64,000 nucleotides of DNA from Lama guanicoe. Lineage: Eukaryota. How positions within the stretch are numbered: the first letter of the stretch is position 1; the number at the start of each line of letters is the position of its first letter. Location: positions 17,674,029 through 17,738,028 of the forward strand of contig MU054323.1 in NCBI GenBank assembly GCA_013239625.1, given 5' to 3'. The notes beneath the pieces were generated by a model. It saw nothing but the letters and a program-made list of their open reading frames with translations, did no database searches and was not told the DNA's origin. The position numbers were made by a program, and so were the translations under genes. Below are positions 28,200 through 40,726 of this stretch, piece by piece.

Positions 28200-29210
28200 C
28201 AGCAGATCAGACAGACACAATCGAATATACTGAAGATATAAACCATAATACAAGAATAAAGAGGTGAACAAATCATGATGTTGTGGGACATGAAGGAATA
28301 GAAGGATAAAGTATACGATAGGAGCTCTAAAAAGAAACAACAGAGATGCGGAATAAATAGCAATCAAAGGTATACCAGCTCAGAATTATCCAGGACTGAT
28401 GAAATAAGCTACTTGTTAGGTTAAAGAAAAACAAACATTTTAATTTTAACCCACATCTAGAAACATCACTGTGAAACTGCGAGATACTAGAGTCAAAGAA
28501 AAAACATCTTAAAAGTCAATCAGAAAGAAAACACCAACTAGCTACAAAGAACAGCAAATTGATAAGACTTCTTATCATCAGCAACTGAGTATCTTCAAAG
28601 TTCTGAGAGAAAATAACTATCAATCTGGAGTTCTATACCAAATTAAATAGGATTTAAAAGTTAAGACAAATGAGAAACATTTTTGAAAAAAAGAGACTAC
28701 GTTTACCTTACACAGTTGAAGGGAGGGAGGGATAGGAGGGAAAGAAGAAGAAGGAAAAACCGTACCAATCATGCTCATCAAGAAGACAAAAACTGAAGCC
28801 AGAACGATGGAATAAGATGCCAAGAAATAGTGATGAGCAAAGAAACACTGTATGTCAGAAAACCTATACAGGTAAATGTAAAAGAGGACTGTCTGTAGAA
28901 AGCAATGATGATAAACACTCATCTGTGAGACAAAAAAAAAAAAAAAAAAAAAAAACCCAAAAAAAAAAAAAACAAAAAAAAAAAAAGGGAGAAAAAAAAA
29001 AAAAAAAAAAAAGTAGACCCAAAATAAGAGACAACACAAAACAGGAAGGTGGTAATTGAATGGAATCATTCTCAAGTCCATGTACTGACCAGAAAAAGAA
29101 GAGAGATGTTTATTAATATTATTATACATGTTGAAATTTTAAGGTACCCACCAAAAGTATCCAAATAGTATAACTTTTAATCTAACAGAAGGGAAAGGGG
29201 GAAATAAAAC
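28200..29210 (+). mobile_element. Old L1/HAL1 ORF1-like remnant
   Basis: cccacatctagaaacatcactgtgaaactgc and tcttcaaagttctgagagaaaataactatcaatctggagttctatacca; resembles positions 300-490. Confidence 0.6.
28932..29012 (+). repeat. About 80-nt interrupted poly(A) tract
   Basis: Long A runs broken by ccc, c and gggag. Confidence 0.95.
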
Positions 29211-30199
29211 TCAGAGTACCGTCCAAATAGCAACCAATCAGGTTAGAATGTTAAGACTGGCCCTAAAGAATTTCAAAAATATTATACTGTAAATCAAATT
29301 CTACATTCTCCAAGCATTGATTTGTCTGTATCCTGGATATCTGAAACATTATCTATTACATCTTGCAATTAGGACCCTTGCTTTAGTCAGAATGCTGTCT
29401 ATTACCTTTTTGCTCACTGCAGTCCCACAGTTGTATGTTTATCCATTTTAATCTCTTTTGGAATGGCTCACACATGAATGAAATGAAAGGCTGTCTACCA
29501 ATGGAAGTTCCTCTACAAATGAAAATCCAATTATTTCTTTAACTCCCAGGTCAAGATTCACTCTTCCAGGAAGTCTTTACCAAATTAACATGAATTCACC
29601 TTTCCCTTGAATTGAATTCTATAGTACTTATAACATGTTATTGCTCTTTTAATTGTTAAAATACTGCCTTAGAAATGTTCTTCAGATATTCCATTTAGGC
29701 ATATTTTATTTCCTCAATCAGAGCATAATCTCCTCAAGATCAGAAAGAAATTCTTTAGGCTCTTCTAAACAATCAAGCACAATATGTTTTTTCACTTAAG
29801 GACAAAGCAAATATTATTTTCCATTAAAAAGCACAAAAATATGAATTTTTCAAAATATAACACACATAAACACATTTTTCTAACATATAAAAATACAAAA
29901 GGTTCTAAGGATTTTGTTTTAATCTTTACAGATAATACAGCTGAAGTGACAGCTTTTTAAATAGTCATTTCCCCTGTTTTCATTTTTGCCAATTTTTAAA
30001 GAGTCCATATGCTCAGAGCTAAAAATGTACAAGGTTAAATCAAAGGAAGTCAGACACCACTAGTATAGTGAAGACTCTAATAAAAGCTGAAAATGTAGTT
30101 CACATTACAATTCCTGTACCACCTTGAAGAAGTACTACCACATAATAGTTATCTTTACTACAATATTAGTAGAAAGGCTAGGGATAAAATTTATAATTT

Positions 30200-31110
30200 A
30201 AAAAGAAAAAAGGGCAAAACATTGATAAGTTAAAGGAAATCAAAATTGATGGAGAGAAATACTGTATTCACAGATCAGAGGACTCAATGCTGTTTAGATC
30301 TCAATTTTTCACAAAATGAGCTGCAAATTCCATGTACTCCCAATAAAATCCCAATAAGTTACGTATGTGGTAAAATGTCACAAAATTATGCACAGACATA
30401 AAAAACTGAGTGCATGCAAAAAGTGGTGAAATCTAAGATCTAGTTAATTGCATTGTGCCAATCAATCTCTGGGTTTTGATAATGCACAATAGTTAGGTAA
30501 AGATGTCAGCCCTGAGGGAAGCTGGGTGTTGGGGTCCATGAGACCTCTTGGCACTCTTTTTGCGACCTCCTATGAGTTTATAATTATTTCAAAATAAAAC
30601 ATTTAAAACAGTCTCAGCAGGCTTTTTTATATGCCTCAAAAAGATGATTCCAAAATTTGTGTGGTAAAAAGTTAAGGACCTAGAATAGATAAAACAATCC
30701 TGAAAAAGCAGAATGAAGTTGCAGGACCCACGACCTGATTTCAAGGCTTTCTATGAAGCTACACTAAAACAGGGAGGTATTGTTGAAAGCAAGTCCAGCC
30801 AGATGGTTCAACAAAACAAAACAGAGTCCAGAATATACTCACACATGCACTGTCAACTGATTTTCATCAAAGGTACCAAGGCAATTCATTTGTGATTCAT
30901 TTATATCAAGTTCTAGAAGAGTGACAGAAATCAGAACAGATTGCAATGGTGGTGGGGTACATGACTGACTGGGAAGGGACACGAGAACTTTCTGAAATTA
31001 AGGAAATGTTCTATCTTAATAAAGACCTGGGTTGCACAGCTGTTATGTGTATCAAAACTCATCTAACTGAAACACTTAAGTTCTATGCATTTCACTCTAA
31101 GTAAGCCAGA
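30200..31110 (+). mobile_element. Old L1 ORF2 / 3' UTR fragments
   Basis: aatagataaaacaatcctgaaaaagcagaatgaagtt and tcaactgattttcatcaaaggtaccaaggcaattca. Confidence 0.7.
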
Positions 31111-31956
31111 ATTTAATTTCAGTATTTTGCAAAAGCACACAAATTTTGTAAAACATCTGTCTACAAAAAAAAAAAAAATCAAAATACTAAGAGTATTTCT
31201 CTCTTGGAAGTACGATTATTGATCATATTAATTGTTTTCTTACAGTTTTCTTATTAACTTTTTTCTTTTAAAAATGTGTAAGTCATAATTAGAATAAAAC
31301 AAAAGTTTTAAATTTATGCCAGAATAAAAATATCTAACTCATATTCTACTGTTTCATTCACTAATTCCTTAATCAATTACCCTCCAAATCTGTAGCATTT
31401 TTCTTCAACAGAAGAACACGTCTTCGCACGTCCTCCTGGCAACCCCTCAGTTAAGAGCTGGGAGAAAGGTACTAATCCTCATCAGTTTCTATTAGTCTTT
31501 AAGACACTGCTAAAGAACTGTTATTCTCCACAGAAAAATGAAGAAAAGTCATTATTTCTGTTTCTTTAGGGTAACCACAGCAAGTAAATAATGAAAAGAA
31601 ATCTCACAGTTATCTCTTTATTTTCTAATAAAATAGCCCAACACGATCATAGCTCTCCACCTTCTCAACTTCACTGTCTTTGTAACTGATAACATTCTCC
31701 CATTATTAATTTATTTGAACAAATATTTATAAAGCACCCATTTTATGTTCCTCAATCAGGCTTAAAATTGTGAAGTCCTCTTTGAATCATCTCTCTCCAT
31801 CCCTGTATTTCTTCACAAAGCCCTGTCAAATTTCTCTCCAAGATGCTTCTCATCTATTTGTTCCTTCCTTTCCATTCTGCACTACTTTTTGCCTTCTCTG
31901 ACCCATCACCACTTACCTCCCCCTTAGCTTACTCCATATCATCTTCTACCACAATT

Positions 31957-33270
31957 CTGTGAATCCCTGGAGGTCTCCAGGATTCCTTTCTGAGGGTCTG
32001 AAAGGTCAAAACTGTTTTCATGTTATACCAAAATGTTGCTGGCCCCCCTTCCACTGTGCCAACATTTGCACTAACAGTACAAAAGCAATGGTGGTAAAAC
32101 TGCTGGTGCCTTTGCACAAATCAAGGCGGCGGCCCCACAAGGTATAGCAGTCACTGTTATTCTTCATTGCCATGCCCTCACTCACTGGGGGGAAAAAAGC
32201 CAGTTTCACTTAAGAATGCCCTTATTGAAGCATAAACATTATTAGTTTTATCAAATCTTGACCCTTGAGTATTTCTCATTTTAACATTCTATTTGATGAA
32301 ACGCACAAAGCACTTCTGTATACCAAACTACCCTGGTTACCTCAAAAAATAGCACATGCGATTGAGTTGCAAACTGAACTAGCCACATTTTCCATAGAAC
32401 ACCATTTTTACTTGAGAGAGCAACTGACAAACTGATTATTCATGTTTAGACATCTGACATTTTTTCAAAAATGAACTAAATGAATGTGTCAATTTAATGA
32501 AAAAAACCAACAGCATTTGTTGCAAGTGATGCATTGAGTACTTCCCAAGAGGAATTTGAATCTTGGAAAACTTGTATCTACCATCAATAAGACTTTTCTG
32601 ATGATATGAGTGATGATTTTTGATACTGTGTAATGAAACACGGCAACTTGGGAAGATTTGGATAATTCTATGAATCTGTATTTTCCAAATGACCAATGCA
32701 TGATAAAAAAAAAAGTCATACACAGGTAAAAACCATCCATTTTAAGCCCAAGAGACACCAATAATTAGCATTTAACATAACAACAGGAAAAGTTCATTGA
32801 TAAGGTCTTAGATTCCACACGCAACTAACTTTTAAGAAGCTACCAATTGTCAAGTTGTAGAGAAGTATCAGAAGAGAATACCTACAACTTACCTGGAAAG
32901 GCTATTAAAATATTCTCCTTTTCCAAATACATGTGAAGACCAGATTTTCTTCACATACTTCAACCAAAACAAAATATCCCAACAGATTGAATAAAGAAAC
33001 AGAATTGAAAATCTGCTGTCTATTTAACCAAATATTAAAGAGATCTGCAATGCCACTCCCCTCACTAAATTTTTTGTTTGAAAATAGTTATTTTTCATAA
33101 AAACATGATTTATGTTAACATGTAACAGGTTTCTTATTCTTTTCAATAAACTGATATTTTAAAAAAATGTCTCAGGTACAATTGCTAACATGGTTAACAG
33201 CAATAGATTTAACATAAACAACTTTGGCATTCTCAATAATTTTAAGAGCGTGAAGGGGTTCTGAAACAGT
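31957..33270 (+). mobile_element. Charlie1a-like hAT DNA transposon (internally deleted, about 1.3 kb)
   Basis: aggtcaaaactgttttcat ... catttgcactaacagtacaaaagcaatggtggtaaaactgctggtgcc ... ctcaataatttttaagagcgtgaaggggttctga matches the remembered Charlie1a consensus. ORF 31959-32147 contains the transposase-like ICTNSTKAMV. Confidence 0.8.
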
Positions 33271-34441
33271 TTCTGTTTGGCAGATATTTCTATCCTTCCT
33301 CTCTGATCCATTCTCATTATGAGCCAGAATAATTCTGGGCACTTTCAACATCATTATTTCTCATACAAAAGCCTTAGTGCTCCCAACATCCTGCTACACG
33401 ATTTTAGCTGGTTTTCAAGTTCATAAATTGGCCGTGCCTTACCTAGCAAATTTTATTTTTCCATGCTCCCCAAAACAAGTTTTCCATGTTAGTTAATCCT
33501 CCCTTTTAGTCTCAAAACCCACCTGGAATGGAACCCACCAGCCCCAATCCTTCCTCTGCTTACCTCCTCTCTCTCTGCCTCCTCCAATCTAAACTTTCTC
33601 ATCTTCAGGGGCTGGAGGGCAAAAAGGCCAATGCCTTGAGTATCAGGCTTAAAAGTTTATACCTTAGTCCACAGGCAATAAAGAGAAGATTCTTTGAGCA
33701 GGAGAAGGTGGATAATTTATAAGGAAAGAAACTTCTTAGCAACTCAAGTTTCTAAGAAGAGTTTAAACAAACTAAATAAACATCTTATTTGGACATACCT
33801 AAATCTGTGGTCAAATCTAAAAATTTTTCAACAGATTTTAAGGACTAAGGTATGTAATACATTATCACAATAGGAACCCAAACCTGTAATCTCAGGTCAA
33901 GGCAGCTGGAACTCTGAAACACGGCATCTTCCAGAACAAAAAAAGATTGTATTTAAAAAAAAAAGGCTAAAGTAGAAAACAAACATGATTTCATCTCTCG
34001 AAACTAAGGTCTTTTGGTATTGGTGAACAAAGTCCTCTTCCTGCCCAGAAGTCCAATTTAATCATATTTTCAAAAACCAAAAAACAGTAACGTAGTAACT
34101 ACATATATTTACTAGTCACTAACGGTCTTTACTTTAAAATGACAGAGTATCCTCCCATACACACAAATTATGAATACTGCTTAATATGCAGGAGATACAT
34201 TAAGCCTACTGACTTCCTTTAGGCCTGATAATAATCCATAATGCTTCATTCATTCTGTACCCACTACAGCCAGGGCTCTAGGTCAAGCCCAATGCCATCT
34301 CGGCTGTAAAACCTGCTGTGATTTCTCCCAACCAGAACCAACTATCTCCTTCCTCTGAAATCTCTAGTGAAGAGAGAAAAGCAATAAACAAATAAATATG
34401 AGCTGGTACATGCCATAATGAAAATCAGGGAGAGTAAGGCG

Positions 34442-34794
34442 CAGAGCTCAATTTTTTTATAAAGCTAATAAAAGTTACAGTCAGGCCTAGTCACTTGCAT
34501 GGGCCTCTGTGAGTGTTGAGAGTTACTGGAACATAGAGAGTATAGGTGGGGAAGAGAAACTAGGTTGCTATCAGGAAGCATTTTATGACAGCTTTTTTGA
34601 TTAAATGCCTAAAGAAAACTCACAAGAAAGGGATCTGACTCTAAGGTTACAACATCTTGTTGGGACATCTTTTCTCATTCTAACTAAATATTCATTTTCA
34701 CACCAAAATTTTTATTCTGATTTATTTGTTTTCTTAATGAGGGCCCCCAAATTACTTTATAAAGTTCAGGCCTGACAAAATCTGGATCCATCCT
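34442..34794 (+). mobile_element. Arthur1-like hAT-Tip100 element inserted in an L2 fragment
   Basis: aagctaataaaagtta...tcacttgcatgggcct start and gggcccccaaatt...aagttcaggcctgacaaaatctggatcc end. Confidence 0.6.
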
Positions 34795-35029
34795 TGGTAA
34801 AGACAAAAGGGGGAGGAGCTGTTTTTTATAGGACAATAAGAACAGGGGCGTTAAATGGTGACACTTGAGACCTGAGAGAAATGAAGATGCAAACCATACA
34901 GATATTGGGACAGGGGAATTTTCAAGCACAGACCGCAAGTGCAAAAACACTGAGGATGAAGTGTTTGAAGAGCAGAGTAGGTTAGGAGGCCAGCTGCAGG
35001 AGAAACATATAGTAATAAATACTACTACT

Positions 35030-35195
35030 GACAGCAATTAACAATTACTGAGTACCATGCGACAGGCACTTTCCTGAGCATCTCCATTTTACAACTGAGG
35101 AAACTGAGGCACAGAGAGAAGCATTAAGTAACTAGCTAGTGGGTGGTGAAACTAGGCAGTTTGACTCCAGATCCCGGCTCCTAAATCACTATGTT
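35030..35195 (-). mobile_element. MIR SINE
   Basis: ccattttacaactgaggaaactgaggcacagagag core. Confidence 0.75.
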
Positions 35196-37939
35196 GTGCT
35201 ACAGAGAAGTCAGCTGTCCACACTATGGAGTGTCAAAACCATCTCTCAGCCAGTTAAGAGATTTAATGTGCCAGAAAAGAGGAAATCAACAAGGTTTTGA
35301 TCTCAGACTATGACAGCTAAAAGCAGGTTCACATTTTATGTCTCTATAAATAAAGTGCCATGTCTTGTCATTGCTACTCCTCGCACAGTCCCTGGAACCT
35401 TTCCTTTCACATTACAGCTATTCAGCATAGGATGGATGTTCAATGGACTCTCATGAGAGAATACTAACTATTCATTCTCAATATAAAATAATTAGATGTT
35501 CTTTCACAAGTAAATATATATACAAATCCAATCTTGGAGGTAAGTACCTTCTTTAGGGAATCAGATACATATCAAAGTCAGATAACCTGCTTGTTTTTTA
35601 AAGCTCTCCAGAGAAACTATCCCACAACTGTTCCACGGTCACTTTCCATCTCAAACAATTACTGATGCTCGAAAAATCTACCTTAATTTTCCTTAAATAT
35701 TCAAACAATCTCTCTGAAGTCTAGGACCATTTCCTCTGGTCCCTCTAGACTTTGTCCTCCATGAAAGTAAAAATGAGCATAACCCCAGATAGATCCACGT
35801 TTCATTTTTCTTCAGTTTTTCTTTTCTAAACGCTTAAGGTCTTCATGTCCTGTCTAAGAGGTGAGGTTTCAGAACTGAGTTTTCCAGAAACGTTCTTATA
35901 AATCCTGACCATAATGAAAGAATTAGTGTTTGATGACATTAATCAGAACACTCTGAAAGATGCAGAGCTTCAAAAAAGCCAACATATAACTCACTAAATA
36001 TTTGAACATACAAATTAATTTCCTGATTTCTCTGTCCAATCTCCAATATTCCTCCTGTCAGCTTTCAAGAGACTCCAAGTCTGTTTATACAGACTACCAT
36101 GTGAATGCTACCTTGGAGCTTAGCCACATCACAGCATCTGCTTCAGAGGGAATGGCTTCCAAACACATGTAGATAAAATCAATACCAACATTTCCAAAGC
36201 ATGTTCTACAGGCACTAGTTCTAAGGACAAGCAATTGGTATTACAGAGAAAAAGAATCCCATTGTCCATTAAGTGTGAAGTTTACCGGGTTAAGCAAAGT
36301 TTACCAGGTTTCTTTACCATAGGACTTCTGAGTCTAATACACCCTAGAACTGCTTTCCCTGGAACATCCTGGTCACACTCTAAAACCTACGAAGTCAAGC
36401 CCACAAATAAAAGATGATTCCAAGGCCTTAACCCTCAGTAAACAGTCAATATTGGGGCATTCAACGAAAGTGGGTCATGAGGAAAGGAATCCCTCTGGAG
36501 GACGATGTAGTCTGTGAAGAGGTCAGCTGGAGACAACGCGCTAGAACTCAAGGTGAAGCACAAGCTGGAGACATCTGGGTGTAGTTCATAGGAGCCAGGC
36601 TAAAGCCACCAGAGTAGATGACATACTCCCTTAGAAACACATTTAGACCAATCCCTCAAAACAACCTTGCCTTACCCTACCTCCAGCTTTAGTATCTTCT
36701 TCTCTTTAGGAATAAATCTAGAAACCCATCCAGACATAAAGACTGTAAGGGTGGGAATAATACAAAGTAAACTAGAAAACTGCCAGAGAAAAAACAGCAC
36801 AATGCACGCGATGCTGGTAAATGTTGGTAAAGTGATACGGTATATCACTTCTCCAGAAATCTCTTTCAAATGACAAACCTATAGATTATTCATTATTTGG
36901 GGGGGGGGTCATGGATCTCTTTGTAAATGTAATGAATATCATAAGCCATCTCTTCAGAAAAACACATATACAACACTAAGCCATTAATTTCAGAGGGTTT
37001 CATGGGCCCCTGAGGCCCAACCATAGAGCTCTTCCTAGGTGTCAACTCCCAGGTCCCTAGGTAGCCCCTGCTATAGATACCTCATCTGACAGATGAAGCC
37101 CAGAGTTACATTTAAAAGTAAGATTGATTTTTCTTTTTAAACTATATTTTCATGTGCTTTAAGATGGTGCAGAGGAAATGTATATCTGCATTTTCTGGAC
37201 TCAAAAAAATTAAAACTTATTTGTTGAGTAAAACTCCAGTCATTTATTTAACACCATAAACAGAAGGACATAATGAGGGTAATAATACTGCACAACAAAA
37301 CAGTTCTGAGAGACTAAATGATTTTAGAAGGCCACGTAGCTAATACATTCCAGAACTTCCACATCTTAGCTCAGACTTTTTAACTAAACCATGACATTTT
37401 ATATACAATAAGCATATGATTCCATTGGGTAGCATACAGTTTTCAAAGTAAAAATCCCTTAAAACACCAAACTTCTAAGAATGAGTATAAATAATTAGGT
37501 TCCTAACTTATTTAATCAGCTCACTCCATTTTTAGCACCTGAACACTGACAAATTAAGGAGCAAGCTATATACACTGGCTTTTGAAAAAAATCGTTTAAT
37601 GCACTCCTTTTTGATGAACACAGTTTGTATAAATAAGAAAAATCTAAAACAGCAAAACAATTATAAAAAACTCTGTTATAGCACAAACATGATTATGTAC
37701 AGACAAAAACACATACAGTTTAAGCTTTGGGTTATTTAGCAAGCAGGGGGTATGATGCCAAAAACCACATGGAGTTTCTCTGCTTTGGGCCCCTGGTATT
37801 AGAAGAGTCGCCGGCAGGGATCAAGCATCTATTATCTGATGTGCACTTGGCAGACTCTACAAAAACAGTGAGGCCTGGCCACTTGGCGGGAGATGGGTAT
37901 TTTAACTACTACTTGAAGATCCACTCCTACTCAGAGTGT

Positions 37940-38285
37940 GACTGCAACTCGGATGCTGCACTAAGCGTGTGCCTCAGTTTCTCCACTGGAAATTTGGTAA
38001 TACGTTACTTGCCCATATCCTGTCTTGAGACAAATGGCCTATTGGTTAAGAATGTACTTGCTGAAGCTAACTGGTTCACACCTTGGCTTTGCCACCTACC
38101 AACTTAGGCAAGTTACCATAACCTCTCTGTGCCTCAGTTTCTTCCACTGCAAAATGGAATTAATTACAGCATTTATATCATAGGAGTTTTGTAAGGATTA
38201 AGTAAGCTGATACGTGGAGAAGTCCTAGAGCAGTGCCTGGCAAGTAATGAGCACCCGATAAATGTTAGCTTTTATTATGATTATT
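37940..38285 (+). mobile_element. Two adjacent MIR SINE pieces
   Basis: The gtgcctcagtttc core occurs twice (~37968 and ~38129); tagagcagtgcctggca...taaatgttagct tail. Confidence 0.75.
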
Positions 38286-38589
38286 TTAAACAGATGACAA
38301 GATTAATCAACTATATCTGTACTGCACCTAGATGTCCTTAGGAAATTACAGGCCTTAATTTTTTTAACTTTTTAATCATATGGCTTAACTACCAGCTGTT
38401 TTTCCTAAATATAGTAAATACATAGCCAATTATTCTTGCAAAGAACCTAAAAAGAACTTACTGCACACACTGCCACCTAAGTCTGACATATGAGCAAAGT
38501 TTCAGTTAACTTCTTGTCTAAATACAACCAGACTTCTTTAATCAATTCCAAGCTACCAGGATCCACTCACTTCAACTTTCACAATCACT

Positions 38590-39170
38590 ACAAATTCCAA
38601 AGCACAAGAGCATAATGGTTATTCTCACAATGGCCTCCTAACTGCTCTTTACCTCTGCCCCCTCATCTCCACTTCCCACAATGCAGTAGGTAAACTTTTA
38701 AAAATTCAAATCTTGTTTCACTCTCCTACTTAAAACCCTGCAATGGCTCCCTATTGTCCTAAACATGTCTGACCTCCTTACAGTACCTAGGAGGACTGCA
38801 TGATCTAGGGCCATCCTCCCTCTCTGGCTGCTCTGGCCATAGAGGTCTCCTTTCAAATCCTTACCCTGTTCCTTGGGGCCTCCAAGCCTTCACAGATCAT
38901 GCTCCCTCTATCTGGAATAATTTCCTCTCCCCATTACACTAACTCCCCAGAGAAGATGAGGCTCTCCTGTTACATGCTCTCCTAACCCTAATTCTAATCT
39001 TCTCTTCTCTGCAGCACAAGATAAAACTGCATTAAAACAACTATTTAAATGCTTGTTTAATGTTGTTCTTGTCCAAAAAATATAAACAAGTAAGACTTGG
39101 CAATATGTCTGTCTTTTTTGCTGCAACCCAAGTGCTTAGATGCACAGTACCTTATACATAGGTGTGCACA
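38590..39170 (+). mobile_element. L2 3' fragment
   Basis: cactctcctacttaaaaccctgcaatggctccc and tcatgctccctctatctggaat. Confidence 0.6.
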
Positions 39171-40363
39171 AGACACCTGTACTGTCTATGGAGAAAAGTG
39201 GTGAGATAAGTGATGATGAAAAGCAAGTCATTCACAAGACTAATGCAGAATACTGGCTGCACTGTATTAAATATTTAAAGTTACCATTTGCATTACAGTG
39301 AAGTAAAAGTTAAAAATCTACTGCTTAAACGTGGGTTAAATAAAGTTAAGACAAAACTTTCCAAAGTAAAACTAAGTTTCTTCAGGCATCCTCAGGTGTT
39401 ACGTGAAACAGGAGAAGTTCCACTTCAGTTACAAGTAAGAAGATACACAACCAAATCAAGACTGCTGCCACATTTGGCACTAGCCTCCTCTTCTTGGCAG
39501 TCTCTGCGAGGCCAAGAGTTGAGCTGGCCAGGGAAGCATGATTTATCTCCCACATTTAGAAGTGGTCCCTCTACAAAAGGAATGCTGTACTACCAATGGA
39601 CTTTGAATTCTAACCTTGTCAAACCAGCACCTTTCCTAAGTATTCAATTTACCTAAAAAAAAAAAAAAAGCTGAATCCTATGTGTCACTGACAAAAACAA
39701 GTTAAATAAGGCATCATAATCCAATCTGAGTTGCAGAAAACAAATTTTCTCTTTCCTCCAAAAAAAAAAAAGGAAGAAAGAAAAAGAAAAAAGAGAAAAA
39801 TACTAACGAGATCTCTCTTACAGAATAAAGTCATCACTTGGAGAATTAAAAGAAACTGGTATGCGGATGTTAAGAAGAGAAAGGTTGAGGGGCTGTCAAC
39901 CGAGCTTGCCAAGGGTACTACCTCTGGGCCCAGTGGGCAGCAGATGCCAACCCACCGCGGACAACCCCAAGTCGGCCTGAAGCACGCAGCTTTGACAGAC
40001 GCCAGACCCCTGCGGTCCGGCTCGTCGCACTGACCCCACCAATGCAACAAACGCCGCGACCTGCCCGCGCGCTCAAGAGCAGAGTGGCCGCCACCGTTCA
40101 GTCCTTCCCGGGAGACGCGCGTCCAGGGGAGGCTCAGGTGAGGACTCCGAGGTCTCGGGGTTAAACATCTGGCCCTTTGTTCGCTGCGCGGCCGCGGAGC
40201 CCTGGGCGCCCGCCGCTCCTCCTCCCCCACAGCTCCCGGGCGCCAGCGTCTCCCACCGAGAGGCAGCGCCGACTCGGACGCCCAGGCTCCGCGGCGCCCC
40301 CGGCCCTCCCGGCGGCGGGTCAGCGCCCCGCGGCCTCGGCGGCGCGCGGCTCCTCGCCCTCAC

Positions 40364-40459
40364 CTTGTAGACGTCGCCGTAGGTGCCGCTGCCGATGCGC
40401 TGAATCAGCTCGAAGTCCTCCTGCGGGTTCCGGCGGGACAGATCGAAGCCGGGGTTCAT
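40364..40459 (-). CDS. MAP4K3: MAP4K3 (GLK) first coding exon, 96 nt / 32 codons, N-terminus of the kinase domain
   Basis: Translates to [32 protein letters not shown], which contains the glycine-rich loop GSGTYG and which I recognise as the MAP4K3 N-terminus. ATG context is GCCCGCC-ATG-A. The exon ends at a canonical phase-0 donor AAG|GTGAGG (GT at 40363-40362) and lies in a CpG island. Confidence 0.96.
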
Positions 40460-40666
40460 GGCGGGCCCCGGGTGCCCCCCGCCTCCCTCCCGGGCAGGGG
40501 AGGGGGGGCGGTCAGGGGGCCACACGGAGAGTGGGAGCCGCGGCCGGCCCCCGGCTCCCCCGGCGGTCACAATCGCTCGGCTCCACGCTGCGGCCGCCGC
40601 CGCGAACGACGATGACCGGCCTAACCGTCCCCGCCCCCAGCAGCCCGCCGCGGCGCCGAACCCGGG

Positions 40667-40726
40667 TCACACCCACACGGAGCGGAGAACGCTCGCAGCC
40701 CCTCGCTCGGGGTGAAACTCCAACAT
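40667..40726 (-). promoter_or_regulatory. Candidate uORF in the MAP4K3 5' UTR (MLEFHPERGAASVLRSVWV*)
   Basis: GAAGCC-ATG-T at 40726-40724 and TGA at 40669-40667. The ATG is 267 nt upstream of the main ATG, in the same frame. It requires a transcription start above 40726. Confidence 0.55.

Larger units (their letters stand above)
1..40363 (-). other. MAP4K3: MAP4K3 intron 1 (partial, over 40 kb)
   Basis: Begins at the GT donor after exon 1. I saw no sequence encoding the expected next residues (ARN...AAIKVIK) by eye or in the ORF track. The region is AT-rich and repeat-dense. Confidence 0.85.

Noticed and set aside
28620..29129. 169-aa Phe-rich and 80-aa Lys-rich ORFs
   Set aside because: Produced by the poly(A)/poly(T) tract.
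31957..33270. Possible domesticated hAT transposase
   Set aside because: Only short broken ORFs; an internally deleted Charlie1a-type fossil.
40073..40363. ORF continuing past exon 1 into the intron (165-aa ORF in the track)
   Set aside because: Kinase similarity stops exactly at the GT donor; the rest is GC-rich intron read-through.
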